This document shows, in pieces, positions 10,096 to 19,418 of a stretch of DNA of 61,472 nt. The notes below the pieces were generated by a model. The model made no database searches, was not told the origin of the DNA, and saw only the letters and a list, made by a program, of their open reading frames with translations. Each line of letters opens with the position of its first letter. The first letter of the stretch is position 1. Position numbers and translations under genes: made by a program. Source of the stretch: Candidatus Acidiferrales bacterium (GTDB lineage Bacteria; Verrucomicrobiota; Verrucomicrobiia; Limisphaerales; UBA11358); contig DATJYM010000341.1 in NCBI GenBank assembly GCA_035499615.1, positions 1 through 61,472 of the forward strand, written 5' to 3'.

Positions 10096-11163
10096 TTATT
10101 TTTTGGATGCCGTTGTCGGCCATGATGGGTCGATCTTGACGCCGAATTGGAACAGGCGTTTCACATCCGCCCAGCGGCCAAACTTAAAGCGGAAAAAATT
10201 CCTGAAAATCCACCAATCTCCATGTAGCCGAATCAAACGATTTTTCCTCCGTTGCTCCAGGATGTGTTGTCGCAAACGCCAGCAGTCCGCCAGCGGTCTA
10301 AGCAGTGCCTGGTAAAAGAACGAAAATCGCCGCGTCAGACAGGTGCCCACAACCGCTTCGGTAGCGATCAGGGCGGCTTGGCTCAGCGCCAGCAAAAGAA
10401 GCAGAGACCGCGCATTTTTTAGAATGACCAGAAGCTGGTTGCGGTTTGCATAAAAACGTTTTGTCTCATTTGTCCGATTTTCCAGAGCGCGTTCACCCGA
10501 TGAGGCGCCTTGATGATGAATGTGTGCGCAGGGGATCGATTTGATTGATTCGCCCGCGATCCAGGCGCGCCACGACAAGTCCATCTCCTCATTATAAAGA
10601 AAAAGTGTTTCATCGAACCCTTCCAGTTTTTGAAAGAGTTCACGTTCAATGAAGAAGAAGGTCCCAATGGCAAACAACCGTTCACATTTCTCGCCGGGCC
10701 GGGCCGGAATCATGCCGCCGAACAGGTCGAACCCCGAGGCTCCTATCACCTGGAGGTTGTCACTGTCATAATCCAGTACGAGCGGGCCAGCGACTTTTAT
10801 ATCTTCGTCTTCAGCTTGTCGGACAAGTTCTTCCAGGCAGTTCGGTTCCAACCAAACATCGGGGTTTAGAAAGAAAAGATATTTGCCGCGGGCGATATGG
10901 GCGCCGCGATTACTGCCACCCCCGAAGCCATAATTGCCACCGGTCTGGAGAAAGACTCCATTCGGCCACGCCGCCATCTCTCTTTCACAAATTTCCGCCG
11001 AGCCATCCTGAGACGTGTTATCCACCATAATGACTTCGGTGCGGTCGAAAATCGTTTGCGCCCGCAACGCGGGAAAAAAACGGTCGAGCCATTTTTTGCA
11101 GTTGTAGTTCACGACCACAACACTGACAAGAAAGGGCTGAATCGTATTGCCTGACGAACTCAT
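10096..11163 (-). CDS. Family 2 glycosyltransferase (rhamnosyltransferase-like)
   Basis: The tracked ORF extends to a GTG at 11196, which would give a 4-nt overlap with the upstream gene. I use the ATG at 11163 (MSSSGNTIQPFLVSVVVVNYN) and the start remains uncertain. It carries VDNTSQDGS and FFLNPDV motifs. Confidence 0.8.
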   Translation of the reverse strand: MSSSGNTIQPFLVSVVVVNYNCKKWLDRFFPALRAQTIFDRTEVIMVDNTSQDGSAEICEREMAAWPNGVFLQTGGNYGFGGGSNRGAHIARGKYLFFLNPDVWLEPNCLEELVRQAEDEDIKVAGPLVLDYDSDNLQVIGASGFDLFGGMIPARPGEKCERLFAIGTFFFIERELFQKLEGFDETLFLYNEEMDLSWRAWIAGESIKSIPCAHIHHQGASSGERALENRTNETKRFYANRNQLLVILKNARSLLLLLALSQAALIATEAVVGTCLTRRFSFFYQALLRPLADCWRLRQHILEQRRKNRLIRLHGDWWIFRNFFRFKFGRWADVKRLFQFGVKIDPSWPTTASKK

Positions 11164-11192
11164 TTTGCAGTGACAGTTTTCCCTCCGGACCC

Positions 11193-12440
11193 TCACGCCG
11201 TAAATTCTACAATTTTGGGTTCAGGAATAGGCACGATAAATCTTCCGCCGCGCTTTTGATATTCGGTTTCGCGTCCAACAATTTCCGGGGCGAAATTCCA
11301 CGCGAGCAACAATGCAAAGTCCGGCTGTTCCTTGAGCAAGGTTTCCGGCGGGCGGATCGGCAGCCGTGAGCCGGGCGCGACTTTGTCCTGCTTGAAAGGT
11401 GTGTTGTCGATGATGTAGTCGAGTTCCTTTGTGCCCAGACCGCAGGTGTTGAGCAGCGTGTTTCCCTTTGCGGACGCACCGTAGCCGATGATGCGCTTCC
11501 CCTGTGACTTGAGGCTCCGGAGGAGGATGGGCAATTGCGTGCGGACGCGGTCAACCCTTTCGGTAAACTTTCTCCAGGTGGTGGGATCGGCCAGGTTCAT
11601 AAGGCGTTCCACTTCCAGTGCCTTCGCGACGCTTTCATGGATCGCAACTTTTGACGAGCGGTGGCGCAGATGAAATAAAATCGAACCGCCGTGAATCTGA
11701 TAATGGTCAATCCGGGACAAGGCAAACGGCGAATCTTTCACCAGGGCCGCCAGCGCGCGAACCGAAATGTAGGACAAGTGCTCGTGATAAATCGTGTCGT
11801 ATTCCGTGCGCTCGAAGAAATCAACAAGATAAGGCACCTCAAAAGCAATGAGTGTCTCCTGGTGCGAGACGGCTTCCAATCCGGCGAGCAAATCGCGCAG
11901 ATCGTCAATGTGCGCGAAAACGTGCCGGCCCAAAATCAGATCCGCCTTGCCCCATTCCGCTTTGATTTTTATCGCATTGGCAGCGTTAAAAAATTCGCTC
12001 CGGGTCGGGATGCCGGACTTTATCGCCACCTCACAGATATTTTCCGCCGGTTCCACACCTAGAACATCGCAGCCGCGTTCCTTGAACTTCTTCAGAAATA
12101 CTCCGGTATTGCTGGCAATTTCCAAAATCTTTGGCCGCGCGCCAAAATGACCGACGGACAGGAGGTGTGCCGATTGATCGTTCAAGTGCGCCTCCATCGT
12201 GCGGGAAGTTGAAGTGATATAAGCGTAGCGCGAGTAGAGAACTTTCGGGTCAACGGTATCGGCCAGTTGTACCAGGGAACAATCCCGGCACAGCACCACG
12301 CGCAGCGGCAGTGAGGTTTTATAATTTGCGACTTCCCCCGGATCAAGAAAGTCATTGGCCAGTGCGGTGCTGCCGAGATCGAGAATGAGCCGGAGATTCT
12401 TCGAGCCGCAGGTGCGGCAATGGGTTCGTTCACGAATCAT
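11193..12440 (-). CDS. NDP-sugar C-methyltransferase (TylCIII/EryBIII-type: Zn-ribbon + SAM domain + C-methyltransferase C-terminal domain)
   Basis: 415 aa. The N-terminus has CRTCGS...CRDCS (CxxC x2) and the SAM fold shows ILEIASNTGVFL. The C-terminal region reads GKRIIGYGASAKGNTLLN...IIDNTPFKQDK...FIVPIP. Confidence 0.75.
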   Translation of the reverse strand: MIRERTHCRTCGSKNLRLILDLGSTALANDFLDPGEVANYKTSLPLRVVLCRDCSLVQLADTVDPKVLYSRYAYITSTSRTMEAHLNDQSAHLLSVGHFGARPKILEIASNTGVFLKKFKERGCDVLGVEPAENICEVAIKSGIPTRSEFFNAANAIKIKAEWGKADLILGRHVFAHIDDLRDLLAGLEAVSHQETLIAFEVPYLVDFFERTEYDTIYHEHLSYISVRALAALVKDSPFALSRIDHYQIHGGSILFHLRHRSSKVAIHESVAKALEVERLMNLADPTTWRKFTERVDRVRTQLPILLRSLKSQGKRIIGYGASAKGNTLLNTCGLGTKELDYIIDNTPFKQDKVAPGSRLPIRPPETLLKEQPDFALLLAWNFAPEIVGRETEYQKRGGRFIVPIPEPKIVEFTA

Positions 12441-12952
12441 GATTCAAGGAGGCGGTAGGGCGAATGTGGATCCAGTTCATGGCGGATTTCATCCACTGGC
12501 TCGCGGCGGCCCTCGCCCTTGAAGAGGAGACTGGTGACGGTTACGACCACGCCCGGCCCGGTGCCGATATTGCGATAGGCGTGAACCACGCCACGCGGAA
12601 CGTAAACGCGCGATGGCGTGCTCGCGCCGGTATTAATGATCCAGCCTTTGGCCGCCTTGGCAGAACCAGGGCGGTCGTCCCACAAATACACACGAAAATC
12701 CGATGGGCCGGCAAAAACGAAATAATCGTCCTGAAAAACGTGTTGATGCGGTCCGCGCGTCACCCCGGGATTTGACCAGGAGCAGCAGGCCATAACCGGC
12801 TTAAACTCCTCCGGAATTTCGTCTGAACGATACAATTCGTGAAGACTGCCGCGAGGGTCCGGGAAGACCGGCAAGGCTTCCACACGCACGCCGGGCAAGC
12901 CGGAAACCTCAACAACCCCGCGGACTTCGACATGTTGCCAACTGGTGGTCAT
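12437..12952 (-). CDS. RmlC-like cupin, NDP-4-keto-sugar 3,5-epimerase family
   Basis: 171 aa with FPDPRGSLHELY, SWSNPGVTRGPHQH and VYVPRGVVHAYRN. It overlaps the downstream C-methyltransferase gene by 4 nt. Confidence 0.7.
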   Translation of the reverse strand: MTTSWQHVEVRGVVEVSGLPGVRVEALPVFPDPRGSLHELYRSDEIPEEFKPVMACCSWSNPGVTRGPHQHVFQDDYFVFAGPSDFRVYLWDDRPGSAKAAKGWIINTGASTPSRVYVPRGVVHAYRNIGTGPGVVVTVTSLLFKGEGRREPVDEIRHELDPHSPYRLLES

Positions 12953-12973
12953 GTCTGTGCAGACTACCTCATA

Positions 12974-13843
12974 TCACTTCATTTGAGCGAGCATTTTTCG
13001 CAGGCCCGGGCGCCATGAACCCGGCCGGTGGCCGAGCAATTTGGCCAGCTTTTCGTTGCTCAACACGGTGTAAGTTGGGCGGCGCATGGTCGAATTGAAA
13101 AACGCACTGGTCACCTTTTGAACGGGGGGCACTTGCGGAATCAACCCCGCCTGCACCGCCTCCTCCAATATAACCAGTGTCCAGTCATGGCGGCTTACGC
13201 CTTCGTCATTGACCGCGTGAACCAAACCCGCGGCGCCCTGGCGAATCAATTCCAGGGTCCACTGCGCAAGATCGGAAGCAAAAGTCGGTGTCGACGCCTG
13301 GTCAGTTGTGGCCTTCAATTCGCCTGGTTCACGAGCTCCGCGCAGCGCCGTATGCACGAAGGTTTTTGTTTGTGTTGGATGCCCGCCAAAGACCCAACTC
13401 GTTCTCAGGACCAGATGTTTCGCGGAGGCACGTAACACGGCCTGTTCACCCGCGAGTTTTCCGGCGGCATAGTGATTCAGCGGATTCGGCGCGTCGGTTT
13501 CGAGGTAAGGGGATCTCTTTTCACCGTCAAAAACGTAATCCGTTCCGTAATGAACGAGGCGGATGCCGGCGTGCGCGCAAAATTCCGCAAGTCGCTCCGG
13601 ACCGGTCGCGTTGACATTCCATGACAGTTCGCGCTCAATTTCGCAACGGTCCACCTGATTATATGCCGCAGTGTTAATGACGACCTGCGGATCCATCTTG
13701 GCCAATTGCGCCTGCATGCGTGCCGGCGCAGTTAAATCGAAATCTGAACGGGAAAGAAAAATAAGATTGCAATCCAGCGGCTGGAGCCTGCGGAAGGCGT
13801 GCGCAATCAATCCATCTCCGCCGGTTACCAGGATTTTGAGCAT
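12974..13843 (-). CDS. rfbD: NDP-4-dehydro-sugar reductase, dTDP-4-dehydrorhamnose reductase (RmlD) family
   Basis: 289 aa with MLKILVTGGDGLIAHAF, NTAAYNQVDRCE, YAAGKLAGE (YxxxK) and TSWVFG. Confidence 0.75.
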   Translation of the reverse strand: MLKILVTGGDGLIAHAFRRLQPLDCNLIFLSRSDFDLTAPARMQAQLAKMDPQVVINTAAYNQVDRCEIERELSWNVNATGPERLAEFCAHAGIRLVHYGTDYVFDGEKRSPYLETDAPNPLNHYAAGKLAGEQAVLRASAKHLVLRTSWVFGGHPTQTKTFVHTALRGAREPGELKATTDQASTPTFASDLAQWTLELIRQGAAGLVHAVNDEGVSRHDWTLVILEEAVQAGLIPQVPPVQKVTSAFFNSTMRRPTYTVLSNEKLAKLLGHRPGSWRPGLRKMLAQMK

Positions 13844-13913
13844 GCCTCAGCCTGCCAGAGTGCGTTTTCCCGGCAAAGCCGGTTTTTTATCCGATTGAAT
13901 TATTCAAATCGGT

Positions 13914-14756
13914 TCAGTCCGCTGACAGCGGGGAAACCCGTTTACCAGCCTTTTTGCATGTCAGAAATGATTGTTCCTCGTTATGGCGGACAAATTGGTA
14001 AAATTTGAGGTGGAGGGAGACGGGCTCCATTTCGGGATGTGTTTTGGAGAGCCACTGTTGCCATTGGTCATTCGTCCATTTGGTTTGATGCAAGTCAACT
14101 CCGTCATGAACGTCCGGAGCCGAGGTGGTCGAGGCGATAAAGTAACCGCCGGCTTCCAGGTGGCTGACAATGTTGTCGAAAAGTTGCGGCAGATCCTGAG
14201 TGGGAATGTGTTCCAGAACCTCCCACATCGTGATCAGATGGAATCTGGCAGGCTGACCGTCGACGGTGATTTTGAAAGGCTTGGCGACATCGCAGGTAAA
14301 CAAATTTTTCCCTGCCAACGCGGGCCAGTTGGCGCGGCCATGCTTGAGCGAAAAATCCGATCCTTCGAGGCCGACAGCCAGCCAGCCCAGGCTGCGAAAA
14401 TCCGCCACGAGCTGCCCGCCGGAGCAACCCAGATCCAAAGCCCCGCAGGTTGCCCCGGGGAATTCGCGTTCGATACGCTTGAGCATGACGCTGACAAATT
14501 TTTTGTTGGTGCTGTTGTCGCGGCTGGTGCCCCAGGGAATCAAATGATCCGGCGATGCAAAGGCCACCGCATGCTGGGTTTCCAATCGGATGGCATGATC
14601 AACCGGAGCCGGCCGCCTGCCAAAAATCCGGAAGCGCAGGAAAAAAATCCATTCCTGAATGAGTTTATAGCAGCGCATCCAGGCATCAGCGAACAGGTAC
14701 TTTGTCTTGCCCGCACGAATTAATTCCCATGCCCAGGAAACACCGGGGATTCGCAT
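13914..14756 (-). CDS. Class I SAM-dependent methyltransferase
   Basis: 280 aa with ALDLGCSGGQLV (motif I) and LEAGGYFIAST. Confidence 0.75.
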   Translation of the reverse strand: MRIPGVSWAWELIRAGKTKYLFADAWMRCYKLIQEWIFFLRFRIFGRRPAPVDHAIRLETQHAVAFASPDHLIPWGTSRDNSTNKKFVSVMLKRIEREFPGATCGALDLGCSGGQLVADFRSLGWLAVGLEGSDFSLKHGRANWPALAGKNLFTCDVAKPFKITVDGQPARFHLITMWEVLEHIPTQDLPQLFDNIVSHLEAGGYFIASTTSAPDVHDGVDLHQTKWTNDQWQQWLSKTHPEMEPVSLHLKFYQFVRHNEEQSFLTCKKAGKRVSPLSAD

Positions 14757-14768
14757 AAATTCGATTGG

Positions 14769-15506
14769 TTACCGTTTCGCCCTCAAAATGACGGCCAACT
14801 GCTCTTCATTGCGGGCATAGCCGATATATTCGACCGAGTAACCCGTCCGGCCCAGAAACTCCGTGAACGCCTTGTGTTCGCCCTGTTCCCATTCCGGATA
14901 ATTGAAATACTCGTCAAAAACGATCACGGCGCCGGGTTTCAGACGCGGTTCGAGCAATTCGAAAATGGTCTTGGCAGACGAATAGAGGTCGCTGTCCACG
15001 TGGAGAAAACCCACATCCCCGGAATTCTGTTTTAGAAAGCCGGGCAACGTTTCATTGAACCAACCTTTAACCAACGTGACATTCCGGCGCACCTTGGGCA
15101 GTTTGGGAACGGCAAACGCCCCAACCTTCCAGCCATCCCACCAGCGTTCGGGTAACCCTTCAAAAGAATCGAAGCCAAAAACGCGTTGCTCGGTCATTTT
15201 GGCGAGGTGGTTGATGGACATGCCCATGAAAACTCCGAACTCACAAATCAGCCGGTCACCTGAAACATCCGCGAGTTTGAAGGCTTTGGTCAGCAACTCT
15301 TTTTTTGATCCGGTCGAATCCACCAGGCGCAAATTCTGTTCCACAAAATCCACGGTTGTGGCCAAGGCGCGCCGCTGGCGTTCCAGCGGGATGTTTTTGA
15401 GCTCCTGATTTCGTGTAAAGTTCAGCCCATGCCTGGCGATCAATGACGCCAGAACGACTCCTTTGAACAGGAATTTTCTCATTCTGAACACCAGATTTTT
15501 GTACAT
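14769..15506 (-). CDS. TylF/MycF-like (macrocin O-methyltransferase family) SAM-dependent methyltransferase
   Basis: The tracked ORF runs to 15956, but the region upstream of 15682 overlaps the GT4 gene. I use the ATG at 15506 (MYKNLVF...); 15521 is the alternative. Motifs are EFGVFMGMSINHL, DSFEGLPE and LHVDSDLYSSAKTIFELLEPRLKPGAVIVFDEY. Confidence 0.7.
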   Translation of the reverse strand: MYKNLVFRMRKFLFKGVVLASLIARHGLNFTRNQELKNIPLERQRRALATTVDFVEQNLRLVDSTGSKKELLTKAFKLADVSGDRLICEFGVFMGMSINHLAKMTEQRVFGFDSFEGLPERWWDGWKVGAFAVPKLPKVRRNVTLVKGWFNETLPGFLKQNSGDVGFLHVDSDLYSSAKTIFELLEPRLKPGAVIVFDEYFNYPEWEQGEHKAFTEFLGRTGYSVEYIGYARNEEQLAVILRAKR

Positions 15507-15681
15507 AGAGTTTCCCCTCATCAAATCCCAAATGAGGCAAAAAGGAAAGCACTGTTTCAAGGCAGACACCGTGTTCGATTGCGATAAACGTTGGCATTCT
15601 TCACTCAAAAGCCTGAAGTGATCGCCGGGGGCGAAGTAGTTCTCGCATGAAACCTGATTGTCTTTGAGGCACACTGCCGGC

Positions 15682-16863
15682 TCAAAGACTTTCCAGTGCC
15701 TGGACAAACTTCGTCTGTGTGGTCTCCCAGGAATTATTGCGTTTGAAATCGACCAGACTGCGGGCATCCAGGTGGTGGTTGCCGGCGCGCATTGCTTGAA
15801 TTTCGCGCAGCGCGGCTTGTTGGAAAGCTCCGAGGTTAAAGGGCGGCGCATAGCGGACAAAATCGCCGAATAACGGACGGTAGTTGGGGATGTCGTAGGC
15901 CACAACCGGTGTGCCGGCGAGGATGCTCTCGCCGATAACGCGCGGGCTGCCCTCATGCCGGCTCGGCATCAGAAACACCCGGCTGGCCTTGAATAAACGA
16001 GTTTTTTCCGTTTCACTGACGAAACCGCTGAACTCCACCCGGTCTTCCAGGCCGTTTTTTTTCACCTGCGGCAAAAGCTCGTCCCGCACGTTGCCGATCA
16101 AAACGGCACGAAAATTCTCCAGGCTCCGGGCCAGTTGCACGAGCGTGGCCAGCAGATCATCAATACCCTTTTGCCGATGCACCCGGCCAATCCAAACGAC
16201 ATCGTAAACGCGTGCTTGCGCCGGTACGGCGTCCGTGGTGGCTACGTCTATTCCATAGGACACCAAAGTCATTTCCTCGTCGCGGACGCCGAGTTTTCGC
16301 AGGCGCGGTTCCATGAGTGGATGCAGATACAGGAGGCGCTTGGCGGCGCACCGGGCAAAACGGCGCACCGACCATTCCTGACTGGCCCAGTAATGCAGCG
16401 ACGCCAGGCGCCACGGATCAATGTCAGGACGACTGCGCATGATAACCTGGCTCAATCCGGGCGCCTCCATGTGAAGTACCATCAGCTTTCGGCGGGCCGG
16501 GCTTCTGACGGCCGGCAAGACATCAAACCAATAATCGCTCACGGCATACACAAAATCGTTGGGCGCGATGTGATTGAAAAGCCCCAGCATACGTCGATAA
16601 CGGCGATAAAAATCGCGGAACATGGCGAATTGGCCGACGAGTGCGCCCTGGTTCACCTTGCCCATTTGAGCCTCATCCGTCAGGGTGACCGTGCCGGGCA
16701 GTTTGTGTTGGGCAATTACCTTGGCGAGCGCATGACCACCAAAAAAGTTCAACTCGTAACCCGCCTGACCAGCCGCCTCGGCCAGCTTTAGAAAATGAAT
16801 ATCGCCTCCGGCGATACGGGTGCTGAAAATGCCGTTGGAGATAAAATGGATTTTTCCGCGCAC
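15682..16863 (-). CDS. GT4-family (GT-B fold) glycosyltransferase
   Basis: 393 aa. The C-terminal half reads VFLMPSRHEGSPRVIGESILAGTPVVAYD, the E-x7-E type motif region. Confidence 0.85.
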   Translation of the reverse strand: MRGKIHFISNGIFSTRIAGGDIHFLKLAEAAGQAGYELNFFGGHALAKVIAQHKLPGTVTLTDEAQMGKVNQGALVGQFAMFRDFYRRYRRMLGLFNHIAPNDFVYAVSDYWFDVLPAVRSPARRKLMVLHMEAPGLSQVIMRSRPDIDPWRLASLHYWASQEWSVRRFARCAAKRLLYLHPLMEPRLRKLGVRDEEMTLVSYGIDVATTDAVPAQARVYDVVWIGRVHRQKGIDDLLATLVQLARSLENFRAVLIGNVRDELLPQVKKNGLEDRVEFSGFVSETEKTRLFKASRVFLMPSRHEGSPRVIGESILAGTPVVAYDIPNYRPLFGDFVRYAPPFNLGAFQQAALREIQAMRAGNHHLDARSLVDFKRNNSWETTQTKFVQALESL

Positions 16864-16882
16864 AAAAAGTTTTCCGCAGAAT

Positions 16883-17896
16883 TCACTCTTTCAAAGTCTG
16901 TTTCACCTGTAATTCGGCGATCAGTTTTTTTTCCTTCCCGTGCCGCTGGTAAGTCCACACTCCCCAGGCGTTGCCTAACACCGTTGCGAGGCACGCCGGC
17001 GGATGCCAAAACCAGCATAAATCACGGTCGCGAATCAAGCCGCGGAAGGTATGCCAGAGCGGACCGATTAGGGTGAGACAGTAGACTGCCGCGAGCCAAA
17101 GCGGTACGCGCGGTTTTTCCTTCATCCAATTGGTTCCGGCTTCCTCCTGCACGCGAAGGAAATGCACGGTGGCACGACGTCGCTTTTGCACAAATCCCCA
17201 CAGCGTTTGCACGTAATAGTGGTGCACCCCGCGCCCGTGGATCCGGAGCCATTCGCGTTTGCCTGCCCGCATGAGGTGCAACGCCGCATGTGTGTCCTGG
17301 AAATGTTCGTCGGCTTTGACGGTGCCCAGGTCCGCGCGCCGAAAAACAAACCCGTTCGCGCCGAGCGGATAAGAAAGTGAGTCACCGGGCAACGCCCAAC
17401 GTTCCACTTCGCCATCGCGCGCCACCAGTCGCGGTTGCGCGCTCATCAACCAGGCAATCGGATCGCTGATGTGAAGCAGATGCGTCAGATAGGCGCAGAA
17501 CGAACTCATTTTTGGCGAGGGCAAATAATAGCTTTCCACCCCCAACGCCTGTGGATTTGCCGACAAGGCTTTCACGGCCAGTACAACATAATCGGGATGG
17601 GTAATTTCATTGTCCGCGTCCATGAATACGATGAATTCGCCGGTGGCATGGTGGAGGGCGAGCCGCTTGCCTTCCTCCATGTTTTTGCCGTCGTCCTCCA
17701 GGACGAGGGCGTCGTATTTTTTGGCGATTTCACGTGTTCGATCTGTCGAGTGCGCATCGGCCAGCAGAATTTCGTATCGGTGGCGCGGATAGGTTTGGCG
17801 GGTGATGGACGACAGGGCATTTTCCAGCAATGCCTCAACATTAAGCGTCGGCATGATGAAACTGATGCGCGGCAGATTTTCCGGGCCGGACGGCAT
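16883..17896 (-). CDS. Family 2 glycosyltransferase
   Basis: 337 aa with ISFIMPTLNVEALL, ILLADAHSTDRT and FMDADN (DXD), followed by C-terminal hydrophobic segments. Confidence 0.85.
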   Translation of the reverse strand: MPSGPENLPRISFIMPTLNVEALLENALSSITRQTYPRHRYEILLADAHSTDRTREIAKKYDALVLEDDGKNMEEGKRLALHHATGEFIVFMDADNEITHPDYVVLAVKALSANPQALGVESYYLPSPKMSSFCAYLTHLLHISDPIAWLMSAQPRLVARDGEVERWALPGDSLSYPLGANGFVFRRADLGTVKADEHFQDTHAALHLMRAGKREWLRIHGRGVHHYYVQTLWGFVQKRRRATVHFLRVQEEAGTNWMKEKPRVPLWLAAVYCLTLIGPLWHTFRGLIRDRDLCWFWHPPACLATVLGNAWGVWTYQRHGKEKKLIAELQVKQTLKE

Positions 17897-17932
17897 AAGG
17901 CGAGTCTGACCGAAACCAGTGACGAATTCAAA

Positions 17933-19174
17933 TCAGCTTTGCACGGCGGGTTTGTGCCGCCGGAGTGTGACGAGCCAGATGACGAGGAAAATCACGAATG
18001 CAGTTCCGGCCGCCACCGGCATGGTTTGAATCAAGGCGGCCGGCGATTTTCCGAGGCTCAAAATCGTCAGCCAATAACCCAGACCCAAGGCGCCGTAGAG
18101 CAGCGAGATTTTCAGCCACCGGCTGGCCAGCGACCAGATGCCGAGCAATTGCAGAAGCCCGACGAAAACCATGGTTACGGACAACCGGCCAATCAACGCG
18201 CTGGCTTCCGGCGTATGGGGGTTCAAAAGGCCCACGCAAAAGTTTCGCAGCAGGTAAAGACCGATGGCCCCGGATATCAAACCAACCGCATAAAGGCCGG
18301 CCAATTTCAATTGTTCCACCCGCGCATCCTTGTGATGGTGGCTGGAGCGATGTGTGAACAGAACAATCAGAAGCGGTCCAACCGCGGTCGGCAGGGCCAC
18401 GGCCAGTTTTTCGGCGACAGAGTAGGCATCGCGATCGGCATCGGAAAAATATCGTTGCGCCACGAGGTTGTCCCCTTGATTGAACAGGGTCCAGCCAATC
18501 ACGTAAGCGGCACTGACAATGAGAAATTGGACAAATTCCGAAGTCCACGGTGAAGTCACGGGCTTCGTCCGGCGGGGAAATTCCTTGCGCCAGAAAAGCA
18601 GAATTAAATTGGGCAGCAACATGGCCACCGACGCGAGTACGCCCCACTCGGCGATGGGTTGAATGTGCGTTGTCGGCCAACCAAACAGAACCCGCGCCAT
18701 CGCGCCGAGCAATCCAATCAAAGCCAGCCGCTTGAACCAGCCCAATCCCTGGCATAGCGCGGTTACATACGATGCCCAAAGTCCACCCAACACGCAAACG
18801 AGCGCGATAATGGTCAGACTGGTCCGTGAAATATGGAAAAAATCGCCCAGCGGTTTGACGGCGATGACGGCGATGATCGAACCAATGATGGTGATATGGA
18901 AAAGAAATTCGCGGCAACCCGCCAGCAGCCCATGAAGGCGCGCGTCGTCGCCGCTGAAATGAAAGCGTGCGATGTAATGGGTGACTGCCTGGGTGGCGAT
19001 GGCCAGGGGAAGGCCGAGGAAACCCATGAAAGTGATGGTGTTGTTCATCAGCCCAAATTCGCCCGGCGCGTCGTGGAATTGCCGGCTGACGACCATTTGA
19101 AAAAGATAAAAGACGATGCTGGTCAGGAAACTGATCGCCGTAAAAATGATTCCGCTGCGCCAGACATTTTTCAT
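17933..19174 (-). CDS. Polysaccharide/oligosaccharide flippase (Wzx/MOP superfamily-like)
   Basis: The tracked ORF runs to 19348. I prefer the ATG at 19174 (MKNVWRSGIIFTAISFLTSIVFYLFQMVVSRQF), which is a typical MOP-flippase N-terminus. It has about 12 hydrophobic segments. Confidence 0.65.
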   Translation of the reverse strand: MKNVWRSGIIFTAISFLTSIVFYLFQMVVSRQFHDAPGEFGLMNNTITFMGFLGLPLAIATQAVTHYIARFHFSGDDARLHGLLAGCREFLFHITIIGSIIAVIAVKPLGDFFHISRTSLTIIALVCVLGGLWASYVTALCQGLGWFKRLALIGLLGAMARVLFGWPTTHIQPIAEWGVLASVAMLLPNLILLFWRKEFPRRTKPVTSPWTSEFVQFLIVSAAYVIGWTLFNQGDNLVAQRYFSDADRDAYSVAEKLAVALPTAVGPLLIVLFTHRSSHHHKDARVEQLKLAGLYAVGLISGAIGLYLLRNFCVGLLNPHTPEASALIGRLSVTMVFVGLLQLLGIWSLASRWLKISLLYGALGLGYWLTILSLGKSPAALIQTMPVAAGTAFVIFLVIWLVTLRRHKPAVQS

Positions 19175-19418
19175 GCGCGAGGATTTCGGGGCCGATATTT
19201 TTTGAAATACACTGTCCCGAACGCTAAAAAGAGCAGCGGAGGCTGTCAAGGAATGCCCGAGTGGAAGCAGGCAAAAATGGCCGCTTCGGACCGGCGGTAA
19301 AACGAACAGCTGCCAACGATTATTGAATGCCGGTGTGATACCAATCACGGCGTGTGCAGTACCCTGTTCAAAAACGCTGGCGAACCGTGCCTGTCCACAC
19401 TAAACTCTGCGCCCGAAC

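Noticed and set aside
13870-13912. Hairpin CCGGC-AAA-GCCGG followed by TTTTTT, plus an imperfect palindrome CCGATTGAA/TTCAAATCGG, between two minus-strand genes
   Set aside because: The T-run lies on the plus strand, where no gene ends. On the coding (minus) strand the stem is preceded rather than followed by the U-run, so it is not a convincing terminator for the flanking genes.
15507-15956. N-terminal extension of the TylF-like methyltransferase ORF
   Set aside because: It overlaps the 3' end of the GT4 gene and has no homology-like features. The methyltransferase fold begins after the ATG at 15506/15521.
17435-18917. ORFs 17435..18553 (+, 372 aa) and 17928..18917 (-, 329 aa)
   Set aside because: Both overlap the GT2 and flippase genes in other frames. 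Their products are Arg/Gly/Pro-rich and lack the hydrophobic periodicity seen in the flippase frame.
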